A stretch of 64,000 nucleotides of DNA from NCBI GenBank assembly GCA_017651565.1, contig JAGCCQ010000015.1, positions 2,034 through 66,033 of the forward strand, given 5' to 3'. Below are positions 10,510-20,251 of this stretch, one piece after another. Under the pieces are notes generated by a model, which searched no databases, had not been told where the DNA came from, and worked only from the letters and a program-made list of their open reading frames with translations. Made by a program: the position numbers and the translations under genes. The first letter of the stretch is position 1. The number at the start of each line of letters is the position of its first letter. Source of the DNA: Bacilli bacterium (GTDB lineage Bacteria; Bacillota_I; Bacilli_A; RFN20; CAG-826).

Positions 10510-11786
10510 TATTCAAAGCACCTCTTAATAGCTTCGATTATTACTTCTTGCTCTTCTTTTGTCATTTTGTTATCAGAAGGTAAGCAACAACCTCTTTCAA
10601 AAATGTCAGCACCAACATCTTCAGATTCTCCAGAAATATAAGCGTTTGTTTTACATCTAATAGTTCCTAATCTTCCAATACATTCGTGCATTCTATAAAG
10701 AGGTTGCATATGCATAGGTTTCCAAATTGGACGTCCTTCAGCATTTATTGAAGCTAAAACTTCTAGTATTTCAGTTGGGCATGATTTGCCCTCTTCAGGA
10801 ATATAAATAGCTTTCTTGTCATCTCTGACTTGCTTGCACATAGCGTCTTTATCAATGATTAAAGCAGAAAGCCAATAATTAGGTTTTGTTCCTTTAGTAA
10901 TAGGATTCATCTTAATAGGTAAACCTTTTAAGCCTTCCACATATCTTTCATAGATAGCTTTCTTTTGCTTAATATGTTCTTCTAAATATGGATATTGTCC
11001 TCTAGCAATACCAGCTACAACGTTAGAAATACGATAATTGTATCCAACTTCTTCGTGTTGATACCATGGAGCGTTTTCTCTTGCTTGAGTAGACCATTTT
11101 CTTGTTTTATTAGCAACTTCTATATCATCTGTTAATAAACATCCTCCAGATGAACCAGTTATAATCTTATTTCCGTTATAAGAAATAGCACCATAATCAC
11201 CAAAAGAGCCACATTGTTTATTGTCTATAGAAGCGCCCATCGCTTCTGCAGCATCTTCGATTAATAAAGCACCGTGCTTTTCACATATCTTCTTAATTTC
11301 ATCCATTCTTCCTGGGAAGCCATATAATTCAGCAGAAACAACTAATTTAACTTCAGGATAAAGCTCAAAAGCTTTCTCCAAAGCAACTGGATCCATATTC
11401 CAGCTTTCTCTTTCTGTATCTATGAAAATAGGAATGCCACCTTCATACACAACAGGATTTAGCGTTGCATCAAAAGTCATATCAGAGCAGAAAACTTTTT
11501 TGCCTTCTAAAGCACCATGTCCAACAAAAGGCTTACCATATAACTTTTCACCAGCCAATTTTACGCATAAATGTAATGCAGAAGTACAATTGCATAGAGC
11601 AACAGCGTATTTTACACCAGCGGATTCAGCTGCAATTCTTTCTAACTCGTTAACGTTTTCACCGGCAGTTGTCATCCAGTTTTTGTTATATGCATCTGTC
11701 ATCCACTTAAGTTCATCACCATGCATTGTAGGAGATGATAACCATATTTTTTTATCAAATGGAACTAAATCTTTTCTTCTAAACAT
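10509..11786 (-). CDS. DegT/DnrJ/EryC1 family aminotransferase (PglE-like)
   Basis: 425 aa; PLP aminotransferase fold motifs; adjacent to a PglC-like and a PglF-like gene. Confidence 0.8.
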   Translation of the reverse strand: MFRRKDLVPFDKKIWLSSPTMHGDELKWMTDAYNKNWMTTAGENVNELERIAAESAGVKYAVALCNCTSALHLCVKLAGEKLYGKPFVGHGALEGKKVFCSDMTFDATLNPVVYEGGIPIFIDTERESWNMDPVALEKAFELYPEVKLVVSAELYGFPGRMDEIKKICEKHGALLIEDAAEAMGASIDNKQCGSFGDYGAISYNGNKIITGSSGGCLLTDDIEVANKTRKWSTQARENAPWYQHEEVGYNYRISNVVAGIARGQYPYLEEHIKQKKAIYERYVEGLKGLPIKMNPITKGTKPNYWLSALIIDKDAMCKQVRDDKKAIYIPEEGKSCPTEILEVLASINAEGRPIWKPMHMQPLYRMHECIGRLGTIRCKTNAYISGESEDVGADIFERGCCLPSDNKMTKEEQEVIIEAIKRCFE

Positions 11787-13255
11787 ATTTGATCCTCGTT
11801 ATTTTTAATTTCTACTGCATCTTCTTTTATATCTTGTTTTGAAACGTTATTGTTTTCCGATAAATTGTTTTTTGCCATTGACATTGCTAACAAAATTACA
11901 TAAAGGCCCGAGCCAAATAAGTCAAATAGATGAATATCTATCAAAGACATCAAAATAATAATAGCGCAAGCCATTGCTGGATAAGACTTTTCAACAGTAA
12001 TGCCAGACATTACTTTTTTAATAGTAGCAATTCTATAAAACACATAAGTGACTATACCAATAAGACCACAAGAACCAATCATTTGGAATAGAGTATTGTG
12101 GCAGCAATAAGGCATTATACTTGCAAGTTGAACTTTTGGATCACCACCGTTATAGAAAAAGCCTTCGCCAAAAAACATATTTTCTTTAAAAGCTTTAACC
12201 GCATCTAGCCAAAGTCCAATACGCGAATAGCTCACACCATTCATACCTATAGACTCAAAGAATCCGCTTATTTCACAAGCTAAAAGTAATCCTGCAATAC
12301 CCACGCACCAAAAGAACAATAACCTTTTGTATTTATTTCTGGTCAAATTATTTGCAGTATAAAGTAATATTCCTAAATAGAAAGTTATTAAAACAAACAT
12401 AAATAAATATGCTTGTCTTGAAAAAGTAAAAACTGTTCCAGTTATAGATAAAACAGCCAAAATTCCAAACAAAGCTTTATATCCTTTTTTGGTTTCGTAT
12501 TTGATTAAAAACAATAAAAAAGGCAATGTAACAGTAAACAACATTCCTAATGTATTTCTGTTACCCCAACCTAAGAGAATATATAAACGGTAGTCGAATT
12601 CATTACCTTGAGCAAAATAAACAATGTAATAAACAATCATTTCAACAAGAGGTACCAATAGAAAAATTGCTACTTGTTTCGAAACAATTGAAATCGAATT
12701 TTTATCAATATTTACATAAGGTATAACGGCAAAAAAGAGAACAACAAAGAAAAAGAACATAAATCCACCAAACATAGTATTCAACGGATTATATGTTTTA
12801 CTAAAGCTTCCGCTTAATAAAAAAGCAATGCCAACCAAAATTGTAGATAAAGCGACTTTATCAAAAGAAATTTTCTTTTGAACAAAATTTTTAATCGCTG
12901 TAAATATAACGATTCCAACAGGAATTGCTGCAAAAACAATACATGTAATATAAACACCTGGTTGGAAGTAATAACCGCTATTACTAAAAAGATCTTCGTT
13001 TGCAGGAGAATTTTTCAGAGAAATCATTGTTGACATAAAAAGAAAAATTACAAGCAAGCAGTTAAGATTCTTCTTAAATAAAAACGCAAATGATGTAACA
13101 AGAGAAATAACAACAATTACTACTAAATCAAGTCCTAAGTAGTAGCAAAGCAATTCTATTCCGGCTAACATCATAGCGAAATATGATGTGTCAAAAAAAG
13201 AAGATATTTTTAAAACAGCCTTATTAAAAAAGTTGCGCATAATTATACAAATCAA
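11765..13255 (-). CDS. O-antigen ligase/Wzy_C-domain polytopic membrane protein
   Basis: 496 aa, 10 or more TM helices; FSRQ region resembles the Wzy_C/O-antigen ligase loop. Confidence 0.45.
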   Translation of the reverse strand: MICIIMRNFFNKAVLKISSFFDTSYFAMMLAGIELLCYYLGLDLVVIVVISLVTSFAFLFKKNLNCLLVIFLFMSTMISLKNSPANEDLFSNSGYYFQPGVYITCIVFAAIPVGIVIFTAIKNFVQKKISFDKVALSTILVGIAFLLSGSFSKTYNPLNTMFGGFMFFFFVVLFFAVIPYVNIDKNSISIVSKQVAIFLLVPLVEMIVYYIVYFAQGNEFDYRLYILLGWGNRNTLGMLFTVTLPFLLFLIKYETKKGYKALFGILAVLSITGTVFTFSRQAYLFMFVLITFYLGILLYTANNLTRNKYKRLLFFWCVGIAGLLLACEISGFFESIGMNGVSYSRIGLWLDAVKAFKENMFFGEGFFYNGGDPKVQLASIMPYCCHNTLFQMIGSCGLIGIVTYVFYRIATIKKVMSGITVEKSYPAMACAIIILMSLIDIHLFDLFGSGLYVILLAMSMAKNNLSENNNVSKQDIKEDAVEIKNNEDQICLEEKI

Positions 13256-13261
13256 TTGAAA

Positions 13262-14692
13262 TTATTCAATATCTGAGTTCTTTCTTTTTTTAAGATTTAA
13301 TAAAGATTTTCCTTCGGCAAGATTAAAGCCAGCAAGAATGAGATTGACTAACATTGGAGCTAAAATACCAATAGCAACTGAGCCAACAAAAATAATTGAA
13401 AAGTCAAATTCACCTCTAGCTGTAACAATTTCTTCGCTATCAAAATAGACATTTAAATTATCAATCATTATTTTCTTTGCAATAGCTTCATATTGATTAG
13501 TGTAAAATTCTAAATCTGCACGAATATTGGTTAATTTTGATTCAAATGCTTCGAGATTGCTATTGTACTCTGGAGTCAAAGAAGACGTATTTAATTTGTC
13601 TAATTGCAATTTATATAAATTTACTCTTTCTGTATCTTCAGCAATTTGTTTTGTTAAAGCAATAATTTCTGTGTTATATTCTCTAATTTCAAGAGATTCA
13701 ACAGTTGCATTAGTGTTGGTAGAACTTCCACCCTCCGAAGAACCAACAGAACGAACAAGACCATCTCTTTGGTTTTTTAATTCGATTAAAACACCATTAT
13801 TGACAGCTATTTGCCTGTTCAACGATTCAACAGTACTTCTCAAACTTTCAATATATTCTTTTGACTCAGGAACAATATATCCATTAACTTCAAGTTCATT
13901 AGATAAAGAATTGACATAATATGAATCAAAAGCTAATCTCATTTGATTTTGCCAACTACTGATAGTAAATTGGTCCAAATAATAATATCCTTCATCACCA
14001 CCATAGTTTCCAGATGGTAAAAGAACATCACCATATGTTTCTTTTAAAGTCTCGCTGAGTTTTGTTAGGTTTTCTATTCCAGAAACTAAATTGTTTATCT
14101 TATCTGGATAACTTTTAGCCTTATCATATGCTGTAATGTAAGAAGAATAATGAATTTTATCAATTTTATTTTTGCTTACACTGATAACTTCATCTGCGAT
14201 ACATTCGCAAAGAACTTTTGCTTGAAAATCGTTAAGACCATATGAATCTAATACAAGCTCATATCCTTTTTGGTCTTCAACATAAGCTGAATCTTTGTCA
14301 TCCATTTTATGATCGTTTGCCTTGTATCTAGTTTTATAGGAAAAAGAAGTGACAAGATTTCTTTGAGACATCTTTTCTGCATCTAAACCTGATAAATAAT
14401 TGTTATTTTGAATGTATCCGCTAATTTTTTCTTTTGTAACAATTGCACGAGGATCAAACTTTTCACCATCGATATAATAAGAATTCTTTTCGCCATTTTC
14501 GCTAACAACTGTATTAAATCCAGCAACATCATAATCAAAAAAAGCAACATATTCTTTTCTAGAGCTGCTAAACAAACTCAATCCAACAAAACTAGTTACA
14601 AAGAAAACTCCGACCAATACTAAATAAAGCCATTTGTTTCCAAGAAGTAATCTAATTACATCTTTGCCATTAACTCTTTTTTCTTCATTCAT
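13262..14692 (-). CDS. Wzz/CpsC-like polysaccharide chain-length determinant
   Basis: N-terminal TM, long coiled extracytoplasmic segment, C-terminal TM (IIFVGSVAIGILAPMLVNLILAGF). No cognate tyrosine kinase present. Confidence 0.6.
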   Translation of the reverse strand: MNEEKRVNGKDVIRLLLGNKWLYLVLVGVFFVTSFVGLSLFSSSRKEYVAFFDYDVAGFNTVVSENGEKNSYYIDGEKFDPRAIVTKEKISGYIQNNNYLSGLDAEKMSQRNLVTSFSYKTRYKANDHKMDDKDSAYVEDQKGYELVLDSYGLNDFQAKVLCECIADEVISVSKNKIDKIHYSSYITAYDKAKSYPDKINNLVSGIENLTKLSETLKETYGDVLLPSGNYGGDEGYYYLDQFTISSWQNQMRLAFDSYYVNSLSNELEVNGYIVPESKEYIESLRSTVESLNRQIAVNNGVLIELKNQRDGLVRSVGSSEGGSSTNTNATVESLEIREYNTEIIALTKQIAEDTERVNLYKLQLDKLNTSSLTPEYNSNLEAFESKLTNIRADLEFYTNQYEAIAKKIMIDNLNVYFDSEEIVTARGEFDFSIIFVGSVAIGILAPMLVNLILAGFNLAEGKSLLNLKKRKNSDIE

Positions 14693-14758
14693 AAAAATAA
14701 AACCTCTTCAGTTAATCTTATTCTCAACGCTCATGCGATAGAATTATTTTAAAATCAT

Positions 14759-15286
14759 TTAATCAATTTTGTCTACAATATCAATTCCAACCGTTGCTTC
14801 AATCGCTTTTCCGCCAAATGGGAATGTAATTGTAACGTTTCTTTTATGTAAATTAATTTTTTTAATCAATCCTTCAAGACCAAAAAGTTGACCTTTTAAG
14901 ACTCTAATTTTCATTCCTTGCTCTAATTGAATTTGATTAACACCTAATGTGTGATCATTTTGTTTGCCGTAAAGAACTTCGACCATTTTCGACTCAGATT
15001 TGCTTAATGGCAAAAAATTCTCGCTGTTGGACTCTCTTCCCAATAATTTTGCAAATCCTTCAACATAGTATAATTCTCGAAATACTTCTTTAATATTCTC
15101 TGTTTCAATAAAAATGTAGCCAGGAAAGGCAGGTTTTTCACAATCCACCCATTGCCCTTTAATTTTTTTCCTTTGTACGTAAAGTGGAGAAAAAATATCA
15201 ATTAAAAAATCTTTAGTTATGTGACGTTTAATTTCTTCAATCATTCTATCTTCTTTTGATGCTTGAACTTGAATTACGTAGTACAT
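14759..15286 (-). CDS. loaP: NusG paralog (LoaP/UpxY-like processive antiterminator)
   Basis: NGN-like N-terminus MYYVIQVQASKE...PAFPGYIFIE and a C-terminal KOW-like region. GGAGG RBS sits 6 nt before this ATG; the longer ORF from 15313 would translate the RBS. Confidence 0.7.
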   Translation of the reverse strand: MYYVIQVQASKEDRMIEEIKRHITKDFLIDIFSPLYVQRKKIKGQWVDCEKPAFPGYIFIETENIKEVFRELYYVEGFAKLLGRESNSENFLPLSKSESKMVEVLYGKQNDHTLGVNQIQLEQGMKIRVLKGQLFGLEGLIKKINLHKRNVTITFPFGGKAIEATVGIDIVDKID

Positions 15287-15643
15287 ATAGCCTCCGAAAA
15301 AAATTGTATGCAAGACCTTTCGACTACAAAAGTCTAGAAGTATGTCATCATTATTAACTTAAGGTGCGCAAGGCTTCGATGAATTATATAATGAGTCAAG
15401 AAACGAAAATTAAAGACTTAAAACTTTTTATAAGTTGAAAGCACTAATAATTCCCCCGACCCGGGTTATTTAATTTTATTAATAAATTAATCCTTTTACA
15501 ACATATACTTTTCAAAATAGTTTATTTTGATTTACTAATTCAAATTAATACATTAAAAAAAATAACCTACATTTTACTATAAAATAGATTATTTTTAATG
15601 ATTTAGATTCGAAGAAACTTATTTTAGTAAAACTTTGTTAAAA

Positions 15644-17524
15644 TTACGATTCAACATGATAAGTCTTAATAATTTGCCTCAAAAGCATTTTAATTTCATC
15701 AACTTCTTTATCTAGTCCAAAAACCTCAGATATTTGAGTAATTTCTTCTTCAATTGGTTTTGCTGGTTCGCTAGGTTCAACAAAAATTCTTTCATGTGCT
15801 GTTTTCTTTTGGGTCTTTTTGTCGAGAAGCAACTCCTCATAAAGCTTTTCGCCAGGTCTTAACCCCGTTTCAATGATTTCGATATCTTTGCCAGGAATTA
15901 AGCCTGCTTGCTTAATGAGTTTAACTGCAAGATCATAAATTCTAACCGGTTTACCCATATCCAAAATAAAGATTTCACCACCCTTTGCATATAACCCACA
16001 TTGAAGGATTAATGATGATGCTTCAGGAATAGTCATGAAATATCTAATAATATTTGTGTCAGTTAAAGTAATTGGTCCGCCATCTTCGATTTGTTTTTTG
16101 AACAATGGAACAACACTACCATTACTGCCTAAAACGTTACCAAATCTAACCGCTGCATAATTAGTTTCAGATTTGCTATCAAAATATTGAATAATGGTCT
16201 CAGCAAAACGCTTAGTGGCACCCATGACATTAGTAGGTCTAACAGCTTTATCTGTAGAGACTAAAACCATTTTCTTAACTTTATATTTATCGGCCAACTT
16301 AGCAACATTATATGTACCAATAACGTTAGTTCTAATTGCTTCTGCAGGAGAATCTTCCATTAAAGGAACATGCTTATATGCAGCAGCATGATAAATATAA
16401 TCAGGTCTATATTTTTTAATGATTTGTTCAACTCTAATTTCATTATATGTAGAACCAATTAAAGTAACTAATTCGATATCTTTAATATGGCCTTTTTTCA
16501 TCTTTCTAACTAATTCCATTTGAATATCGTAAGTAGCATTTTCATAAATATCAAAAAGAACCAAAGTTGATGGATGAGCCTCAAATATTTGTCTAACTAA
16601 TTCAGAACCAATACTACCACCAGCGCCAGTAACTAATATTGTTTTTCCTTTTAACATGGAGTACATCTCCGAGTTATCAAGATGAATTGGTTCTCTACCT
16701 AATAATTCTTCGAGATCAACGTTAACGATACGTACATCATTTGGTCCAGCCATTTCGCTAAGAAGAGGCATACGTTTAACTCTTACATCAGTTCTTGAAA
16801 GAATATCTAAAATTTCATGATATCTTTCTTTACTTAATGTAGCGATTGCAATAATTACTTCTTCAGCATTATATGCTTTAATAATTTCTTCTATATTATT
16901 AATTGGTCCTTCAATATTAAGTCCGCTATAAATCTTTCCAATTTTTTCTACATCATCATCAACAAAAGCAACTATCTTATTATTGCTATTTAAGTTTTTA
17001 CGTGTATCTTCAACAATAACTTTAGCTGCACTACCAGCGCCAATAACAATTGTTCTAGGTCTTTTTTGATCAACGTGTCTTAATTTAATGCTTGTGATAA
17101 ATCTAGGAACATATCTAGTAGCGCCTAATACCGTTGTTAATGAAATAAAGTATAAAACGAAAGCAGATGCGGCTTCGTAGTGAGATGGTAAGCCTGGAAT
17201 AAATCCACTAATTGCATAACCAGCACAACCAATAATTGTGGAATATAAAGCAATGTATGCTGTATCGTGCAAACCAATTTCCCAAATCTCTAATTTATAG
17301 ATTTTTGTAATTGTAAAAACAATAAGTAAGACAGCCGCTCCACCAAGAGAGAAGAATAAACAGCTTAAATAGTCAATATCACTTGTATTTGAGGCTGTAA
17401 AAAATGCCATTGATATAATACAAGTCAAGATAAAGTCTGTTACAGGATATATAAACTTAAAGAATTTTTTAAACTTCGGATTCATTGCTTTATTGATTAT
17501 ATTATGAAAATAATATCCTTTCAA
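15644..17524 (-). CDS. membrane-anchored NDP-sugar 4,6-dehydratase/epimerase (CapD/PglF/WbpM family)
   Basis: 626 aa; four N-terminal TM helices followed by an SDR domain (LVTGAGGSIGSEL). Confidence 0.85.
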   Translation of the reverse strand: MKGYYFHNIINKAMNPKFKKFFKFIYPVTDFILTCIISMAFFTASNTSDIDYLSCLFFSLGGAAVLLIVFTITKIYKLEIWEIGLHDTAYIALYSTIIGCAGYAISGFIPGLPSHYEAASAFVLYFISLTTVLGATRYVPRFITSIKLRHVDQKRPRTIVIGAGSAAKVIVEDTRKNLNSNNKIVAFVDDDVEKIGKIYSGLNIEGPINNIEEIIKAYNAEEVIIAIATLSKERYHEILDILSRTDVRVKRMPLLSEMAGPNDVRIVNVDLEELLGREPIHLDNSEMYSMLKGKTILVTGAGGSIGSELVRQIFEAHPSTLVLFDIYENATYDIQMELVRKMKKGHIKDIELVTLIGSTYNEIRVEQIIKKYRPDYIYHAAAYKHVPLMEDSPAEAIRTNVIGTYNVAKLADKYKVKKMVLVSTDKAVRPTNVMGATKRFAETIIQYFDSKSETNYAAVRFGNVLGSNGSVVPLFKKQIEDGGPITLTDTNIIRYFMTIPEASSLILQCGLYAKGGEIFILDMGKPVRIYDLAVKLIKQAGLIPGKDIEIIETGLRPGEKLYEELLLDKKTQKKTAHERIFVEPSEPAKPIEEEITQISEVFGLDKEVDEIKMLLRQIIKTYHVES

Positions 17525-17570
17525 TTGTTTGAAGGCATTATCTTGATTTTTAATCTACAAAATTCATAGG

Positions 17571-17599
17571 GAAAAAGAAAAACCCTATAAAATAGGGTT
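17571..17599 (-). terminator. rho-independent terminator after the 17618..18193 gene
   Basis: Minus strand reads aaccctattttatagggtt followed by a T-rich run. Confidence 0.5.
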
Positions 17600-17617
17600 A
17601 TATCTTTTCAATTTAAA

Positions 17618-18193
17618 CTAATCTTTATATTTATATAAGAAAACTGAATAAACAATTCCTAATCCAATAGAAAGAATTGCTTGGAAGAAAATTAATGTTT
17701 GCATTGAGCATGCTGGATTGCCACTACAATATACTCTAAGAATTCTTCCATGTTTCATGCATAAAGCTACTACAATAGAAGCAATAAAAATAGCCCCTAA
17801 AACGTAGAAAAGTATATGAATGATTTTAGAAATAATTCTTTTATTCTTTAAACATAAATTCGCAATAACTAAGCCAGTTATAATTAAAACAAAAATAAAG
17901 CTAACAAAAGCTAAAACGCTTAGTGCAACTGTGATGCTTTTCGCATAGTAATAGAATGGCAAAGAGATGCTACCAACGCCTCCTCCAACGCCTTTATAAT
18001 TGTTAGACATAAAGGTAATAATTAAATTCCAACCATTAATTCCTATTTCCACACCTGCTTCAGTGTTATAAATGTAGCTCCATCCAACAAAATAAAATAA
18101 AAGCAAAGCGATACACCCAACTAGTGCACCTACTGTAAACATTCCCTTTTCTTCTTCAATTGTTTTCGATTGTATTGTTTTAACTTCTTCCAT
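17618..18193 (-). CDS. hypothetical polytopic membrane protein
   Basis: 191 aa, about 5 TM helices; downstream of znuB and the Cys-rich lipoprotein. Confidence 0.4.
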   Translation of the reverse strand: MEEVKTIQSKTIEEEKGMFTVGALVGCIALLLFYFVGWSYIYNTEAGVEIGINGWNLIITFMSNNYKGVGGGVGSISLPFYYYAKSITVALSVLAFVSFIFVLIITGLVIANLCLKNKRIISKIIHILFYVLGAIFIASIVVALCMKHGRILRVYCSGNPACSMQTLIFFQAILSIGLGIVYSVFLYKYKD

Positions 18194-18207
18194 AATTCTC
18201 TCCCAGA

Positions 18208-18696
18208 TTATTTATCAACATAATGATGTAAAGAAGAATAATCTTCTACCACATTAAATTCCGAAACATTAAATGATAAAAATTGTACATCTTCACTAGT
18301 CCCGTCTGCCGCAGGAATAGAAATGGTCTTTTTATCGCTTGATTCTAATTTTCCTGTAACGTGAATCCACGCTTTATCGTTTGTATTATCGTATTGATTT
18401 TTAGGTGCTGGTAATTCTTTGTCGCTATTTAAAATAAAGCCAATAATTGTGTCTTTACCACACTTACATCCAAATCCTGAGGAGCATTGTCTAACACCAC
18501 AAGTATAAGTGACATTATCAGTTGATTTTAATTCGTACGTAAAGCAATCAAACGTTAATGTTTTATCTACGTATTCTTCTGGATATGTTTGAATATTTGT
18601 CATAACCAAAAAGAATGTTTGTTCAGTAAGAACACTATTATCACTACTGCAAGAGCATAATCCCAAAATTGATAAAACAGTTAAAACCTTTTTCAT
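18208..18696 (-). CDS. Cys-rich lipoprotein of unknown function
   Basis: Signal peptide with LGLCSC lipobox; multiple Cys (CGVRQCSSGFGCKCGKD). Starts 2 nt after znuB. Confidence 0.45.
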   Translation of the reverse strand: MKKVLTVLSILGLCSCSSDNSVLTEQTFFLVMTNIQTYPEEYVDKTLTFDCFTYELKSTDNVTYTCGVRQCSSGFGCKCGKDTIIGFILNSDKELPAPKNQYDNTNDKAWIHVTGKLESSDKKTISIPAADGTSEDVQFLSFNVSEFNVVEDYSSLHHYVDK

Positions 18697-18697
18697 G

Positions 18698-19549
18698 TTA
18701 TTTCCTTCTTAATATAATACCCACAACAAGGCAGACAATGAAAGTAAATGCTTCAACTAAAACAATAGTTGAACCGACAGGAGAACCGGCAACCATTGAA
18801 ATAAGAACACCAGTGACAGCATTTACCACCGCCAAAATTACAGAAACAATCGTAACTATCTTATAACTCTTTGCAACTCTCATTGCACTTAAAGCAGGGA
18901 AAACTAGCAACGCAGTAACCAATAAAGAGCCTACTAATCTAATAGCAAGAGAGACAATAATAGCAATAGTTACAGCAATGATGGATTCATAGATTTTTGT
19001 TTCGATTCCACTTGCTCTAGCAAAACTTTCGTCAAAACTAATAACAAAAATTTTGTTATAAAAGATAACGTAAACAGCAATTGTTGCTAAGCAAAGAACG
19101 CCACTAACAATAACATCTACAGGTTGAAGTGCTAAAATCGAAGAAGAGCCAAATAATGTAGTACAAACATCCCCAGCAACATTTCCGCCTGTTTTAAAGA
19201 CATTAATTATAAAATATGCAAAGGCCAAAGAGAAAACAGAAATCATTGCAATCAATGAATCGCCTTTGATTTTTGTGCTGCTTTTAACAGTGATTAATGC
19301 AAACGAGACACCACCTGTTACGAATACACTAAGTATTGTTCCGCCAATACTACTTGCAAATCCCGCCACAATTCCGATGGACATAGCACCGAAAGCAACG
19401 TGAGATAAGCCATCGCCAATATTAGATAGCCTTTTTAAGACTAAAGTAACACCAACGAAAGCACTACAAACAGCAATGAAAACAGTAGCAATCATTGCAT
19501 ACCAAACAAAGTCGTATTTGAAATATTCAAAAATTGATAAAGCAAACAT
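18698..19549 (-). CDS. znuB: metal (Zn/Mn) ABC transporter permease
   Basis: 283 aa ABC-3 family permease; overlaps znuC. Confidence 0.8.
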   Translation of the reverse strand: MFALSIFEYFKYDFVWYAMIATVFIAVCSAFVGVTLVLKRLSNIGDGLSHVAFGAMSIGIVAGFASSIGGTILSVFVTGGVSFALITVKSSTKIKGDSLIAMISVFSLAFAYFIINVFKTGGNVAGDVCTTLFGSSSILALQPVDVIVSGVLCLATIAVYVIFYNKIFVISFDESFARASGIETKIYESIIAVTIAIIVSLAIRLVGSLLVTALLVFPALSAMRVAKSYKIVTIVSVILAVVNAVTGVLISMVAGSPVGSTIVLVEAFTFIVCLVVGIILRRK

Positions 19550-20250
19550 TATTGTCTACCTCCAAAAGATAAAAACTTTTTACCTAAAGGTGAATTGACA
19601 AATTCATCTTTGCTCATGAAATAATTTTCTTCTCCAATAAATAATATTTTTGTAGCTAAATTAACTGATTCATCTAAATCGTGAGAAATCATAACAATTG
19701 TTATATCTTCTTTATGTAATTGTTCTACGATTTGATAGAACTCTTTGATAATTTTTGGATCTAGACCAGTTAATGGTTCATCTAAAAATAAAATGTCATC
19801 AGTAGCGCATAATGCTCTAGCGATTAAAACTCTTTGTCTTTGACCGCCAGAAAGAGTAGAAAACGCCCTATCTTTTAAATCTAAAATATCTAATAATTTC
19901 ATATTTTCAAGAGCTATTCTTTTATCTTCTTTACTAAAGAAAAGTTTTCTGCTACCAGCGTTAATTCTGCCTGAAATAACAATTTCCCTTACTGTTGCAG
20001 GAAAGTCATTTTGAGACTCGTTTGTTTGAGGCAAGTAACCAAACCTCTTAACGTTCAAAGAAGGGGAATACTCAAATTCCCCTTGAATTGGTTTTAATAT
20101 TCCTAATATTGTTTTTAAGAGCGTAGACTTACCTGCACCATTTTCACCAACGATGCACACTACATCCCCCTCATCAATCTCGAAATTAATATTTGAACTT
20201 ACAACCTTTGAATTATAACCTATTGATAAATTTGTACCTTTAATTAACAT
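19549..20250 (-). CDS. znuC: metal ABC transporter ATP-binding protein
   Basis: Walker A GENGAGKST; LSGGQRQR signature. Confidence 0.8.
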   Translation of the reverse strand: MLIKGTNLSIGYNSKVVSSNINFEIDEGDVVCIVGENGAGKSTLLKTILGILKPIQGEFEYSPSLNVKRFGYLPQTNESQNDFPATVREIVISGRINAGSRKLFFSKEDKRIALENMKLLDILDLKDRAFSTLSGGQRQRVLIARALCATDDILFLDEPLTGLDPKIIKEFYQIVEQLHKEDITIVMISHDLDESVNLATKILFIGEENYFMSKDEFVNSPLGKKFLSFGGRQ

Positions 20251-20251
20251 G

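Noticed and set aside
11422-11808. + strand 128-aa and 62-aa ORFs inside the DegT aminotransferase gene
   Set aside because: Antisense to a well-conserved coding frame; no RBS.
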